DNA of 64,000 bases, taken from the IMG/VR virus record IMGVR_UViG_3300020193_000003; one strand, given 5' to 3'. Below the pieces are notes generated by a model that was given only the letters and a program-made list of their open reading frames with translations, was not told the DNA's origin and did no database searches. Below, one piece after another: positions 61,503-64,000 of the stretch. Made by a program: the position numbers and the translations under genes. How positions within the stretch are numbered: the first letter of the stretch is position 1; each line of letters starts with the position of its first letter. This DNA is from a virus.

Positions 61503-61705
61503 GAGACGCGGACAAGACAGACCTCGACGAGAGGTTCGAGGCCATGGAGAAGCGCATTTCGGAGCTGGAGGCGCTCGTGGCGTCGCTCTCCCGACCGAAG
61601 GAGAAGAGCGACAAACCGCTGCCGGAGATGCCGAAGTTCGACTGGCGGAACAACCTGGGCATCGCCACCGTCTACGACATCTACAGCGGCAAGGCCAACC
61701 TCTAG
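61499..61705 (+). CDS. Small coiled-coil protein (68 aa)
   Basis: GTGA overlap with the nuclease stop; LDERFEAMEKRISELEALVASL heptads. Confidence 0.6.
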   Translation: MRDADKTDLDERFEAMEKRISELEALVASLSRPKEKSDKPLPEMPKFDWRNNLGIATVYDIYSGKANL

Positions 61706-62310
61706 GCGATCTCCCTCAGGGGGAGGAGGAAGCTTCCCGCCTCCCACATCAACCCGATCGAGGCGTACCCCATCACGTCCACGACATTGTCCGTGATCGA
61801 CTCGTTCTTGGGGTCGTCGGTCGCACCCCTCGCCACGAGGTTCTCGAGGCGCGCAACCTTGTCCTGGATCCTCACGATCAGCCCGACCCTGCCGAACCTC
61901 CTGATGTTTTCGTGGCCGTAGTCCATCTGCTTCCTGACCAGAACCCCGTGAACGTGGTCGGCGATGTTGGTGCTCGACATCATGGACGCCGGGCACACCT
62001 GCGAACCGAACATCCTCGCGTAGAAACCCACCTGTCTCCACGCCTCGGTCACCGCGACGACGGGCGCTGAGTTGCGCGACACGATGCCGTTCTCGTTGAA
62101 CTGCAGGTCTATGAGGGAGTTCACGGAGCTCCTGAGCATCTTGAGCGTTCCGTCCACCCCGTAATCCTTCGTGTTGATCATCGGTCGGTAGTGATTGAGA
62201 TTGAACGGCCTGCACACGTACTGCCCGCTCGCGTTGGGAAGGAACAGCAGGAGCGCGTTCATCGCGGCATCGTCCCATGTTGAAGCCGTCACCGGATCAA
62301 ACCTATTCAA
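61702..62310 (-). CDS. DUF1599-like (nucleotide-modification-associated) protein
   Basis: RKQMDYG..NI...G..G..VRIQDKVARLENL...ESITDNVVDVMGYA. Confidence 0.8.
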   Translation of the reverse strand: MNRFDPVTASTWDDAAMNALLLFLPNASGQYVCRPFNLNHYRPMINTKDYGVDGTLKMLRSSVNSLIDLQFNENGIVSRNSAPVVAVTEAWRQVGFYARMFGSQVCPASMMSSTNIADHVHGVLVRKQMDYGHENIRRFGRVGLIVRIQDKVARLENLVARGATDDPKNESITDNVVDVMGYASIGLMWEAGSFLLPLREIA

Positions 62311-63838
62311 GGACGGCCCCGTACTTCCTCGCGATCCACTCCGCGACGGGGGCGGCGACGCCGTTGCCGCACTGCTTGTACCTGTGCGTGTCGCTGACTT
62401 CCTCGCCTTCGTCAGTCCACCTCGTGTGGTCCCTCGGCCATCCCATCAGCGCCTCGCACTCCGATGGCATGAGCCTCCTCACGACCATGTTCTGCACTAC
62501 GCCGCTGGATTGCTTCGTCCCGGCGCGCAACGAGTGGTGGATCCCGCCGTCCACGAGCCTGTTGTTGTACTCGTCGTACGCGACGGCGCCGTCGGGCTCG
62601 ATGACGAGATTCTCGCCGCGCGACGACGGCACGCCGCCGTCACCGCCGGACCTGAGGGTCATGGCGAGACCGTCGTTGACGTCCGTGTGGGCCACGGCGT
62701 GGCCGGCGCCCCCGGTCCTGAGCGTCGGGAAGGCGATCTCGGACGGCTGGGCGTCGAGGCACTGGGTGTGGGAGAAACCGATTGCCTGTGCGACCATCGG
62801 GGTGTTCAGGCCACCCGTGCCCATGAACGCCGTGAGCGTGTTCACCGTGTCCCCCTGCATCCTCACGCCGTCCTGCCGGTGCGCGTGGAAGACCATCGTC
62901 TCCGGGTACTCGTAGGCGACCAGGGTCTCGCTGCCACCGCCGATGTCCCCGCCGGCTGCGCGGAGGGTGCCGATCCCGTCTACATACTTGGAGAAGCTCG
63001 ACTGCGTGAACACTTGGGCGCCCGACACGACGAGATCGGTGGCGTCCTTGTGGTCGCGCGCCTTGATGGCGGAGGCTGTCTCGTCGGAGGCGTAGTCGCC
63101 GAAACCGCGCATCCTGAACCCCTCCTGGTCATGCTCGGTTTCTAGTCCGAAGTCGAGTTGCCCTTGTCCCGGTCCTGGTTCTTGTCCACGACCGCCTGCA
63201 GCGCCGCCTTCAGCCGGGGAGGAAGCGTCTTGTTTCTCCTTATCGCCCTTCTTAGAATGCCTGCGCAAGCCCTCGCCGACAGGTAATATCGGGAAGGTAC
63301 TTCGCTCTGCGGCGCCAGAATCGAAGAGAGAACACACGAAGATGCGCCTTCGTCGCTGGGGGATTCCGAAGTGCTGCGCATCCAGCACTGCCCACTCGAC
63401 AGCCACAGCCCCTGCGTCAGCCATTTCGTCGAGGACGACCCCGAAGTCAGCGCCTTTGTTGGAGTTGAGGGCTCCTGGGACGTTCTCCCATATTGCCAGT
63501 CTTGGAAAAGTTCCGTTTGTTGCATCGCGCATCTCCCTGATAATCCGCATTGCCTCGTGAAACAAACCGGACCGAGAACCAGTGAGACCAGCCCTCTTCC
63601 CGGCGACGGAAAGATCCTGGCATGGAGAGCCGAAGTTTATTGCGTCGACTGGCTCCAGCAACCTCCCGTTGACGTCCTTTACGTCGTAGTGCTTCGGAAC
63701 GTCCGGCCAGTGCCTGCGGAGGATCCGCTGGCACTGCTCGTCCCATTCCGCCTGCCATCGGCAACGCCAGCCGGCGGCCTCGAATCCGAGATCGAAGCCA
63801 CCGACGCCGGCGAAAAGACTGCCGAAAGTCAGGGTCAG
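62303..63838 (-). CDS. DNA (cytosine-5)-methyltransferase, probably starting at a CTG codon
   Basis: The frame extends upstream of the track start and contains motif I (SLFAGVGGFDLG), then FGSPCQDLS (IV), WENV (VI), QRRRR (VIII), RRLMPSECEALMGWP (IX) and YKQCGNGV (X). Confidence 0.9.
   Translation of the reverse strand: MTLTFGSLFAGVGGFDLGFEAAGWRCRWQAEWDEQCQRILRRHWPDVPKHYDVKDVNGRLLEPVDAINFGSPCQDLSVAGKRAGLTGSRSGLFHEAMRIIREMRDATNGTFPRLAIWENVPGALNSNKGADFGVVLDEMADAGAVAVEWAVLDAQHFGIPQRRRRIFVCSLFDSGAAERSTFPILPVGEGLRRHSKKGDKEKQDASSPAEGGAAGGRGQEPGPGQGQLDFGLETEHDQEGFRMRGFGDYASDETASAIKARDHKDATDLVVSGAQVFTQSSFSKYVDGIGTLRAAGGDIGGGSETLVAYEYPETMVFHAHRQDGVRMQGDTVNTLTAFMGTGGLNTPMVAQAIGFSHTQCLDAQPSEIAFPTLRTGGAGHAVAHTDVNDGLAMTLRSGGDGGVPSSRGENLVIEPDGAVAYDEYNNRLVDGGIHHSLRAGTKQSSGVVQNMVVRRLMPSECEALMGWPRDHTRWTDEGEEVSDTHRYKQCGNGVAAPVAEWIARKYGAVLE
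63142..63525 (-). CDS. Nested alternative-frame ORF (127 aa) resembling the beta polypeptide of two-component C5 methyltransferases
   Basis: Own GGAG Shine-Dalgarno 7 nt before ATG; GQCWMRSTSESP...LSSIL...VPSRYYLSARACAGILRRA...LP. Confidence 0.65.
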   Translation of the reverse strand: MQQTELFQDWQYGRTSQEPSTPTKALTSGSSSTKWLTQGLWLSSGQCWMRSTSESPSDEGASSCVLSSILAPQSEVPSRYYLSARACAGILRRAIRRNKTLPPRLKAALQAVVDKNQDRDKGNSTSD

Positions 63839-64000
63839 AAGGGTTCTTCTCCGTCGAACGCAGGCTGGTTCGAGCCACCGACCCTCGCAGGTTGCTTGGA
63901 CTGCGACGAGGTGGTGCCACGGACATTGCCGCGACCCTGCTCCTTGCCGTTGCCTTCGCCCTGTTGGCGCTGCTTGCGGTCAAACTTCTCGATGGAGCGG
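63835..64000 (-). CDS. ssb: Single-stranded DNA-binding protein, C-terminal fragment
   Basis: Translates as RSIEKFDRKQRQQGEGNG...QPAFDGEEPF-stop: a Gly/Gln linker and the acidic-PF tail typical of SSB. Confidence 0.75.
   Translation of the reverse strand, partial: RSIEKFDRKQRQQGEGNGKEQGRGNVRGTTSSQSKQPARVGGSNQPAFDGEEPF

Noticed and set aside
1-64000. Alternative genetic code or stop-codon readthrough creating the giant ORFs
   Set aside because: ORFs are uninterrupted in the standard code, and TAA, TAG and TGA all end genes with normal coupling.
1-64000. Portal, terminase, prohead protease, tRNA or integrase genes
   Set aside because: No supporting motifs found in this window; presumably encoded outside it.

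Overview
High-GC (roughly 60-65% by eye) DNA from a large tailed phage, probably infecting an actinobacterium. Nearly everything from 1 to 61.7 kb is one + strand block that looks like a head or virion module. It holds five giant proteins (>2079, 2362, ~3514, 1849 and 5243 aa), several medium and small proteins, an HK97-fold major capsid protein (57264-58586), a Cys-rich head-associated protein and an SNase-like nuclease. A convergent - strand block follows, with a DUF1599-like protein, a C5 cytosine methyltransferase carrying a nested alternative-frame ORF, and the end of ssb. The main observation is that the large proteins look like punctuated polyproteins. About 30 copies of a short linker, consensus D-[AG]-E-A-[GA]-M-[small residue], sit between domains, often exactly at the edges of recognisable ones: ART-like, DUF4314-like, GNAT, Clp N-domain, Nudix, zeta-like kinase and HipA-like. 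Six proteins also share a module made of K-[AS]LG or K-x-x-x?-PIG followed by a D/N-x-D-x-D...[ED]G motif. Five of the large genes are each followed by a small ORF positioned like an immunity gene. My inference is a capsid-packaged, protease-processed effector cargo system. All domain calls come from reading motifs by eye; no database searches were run.
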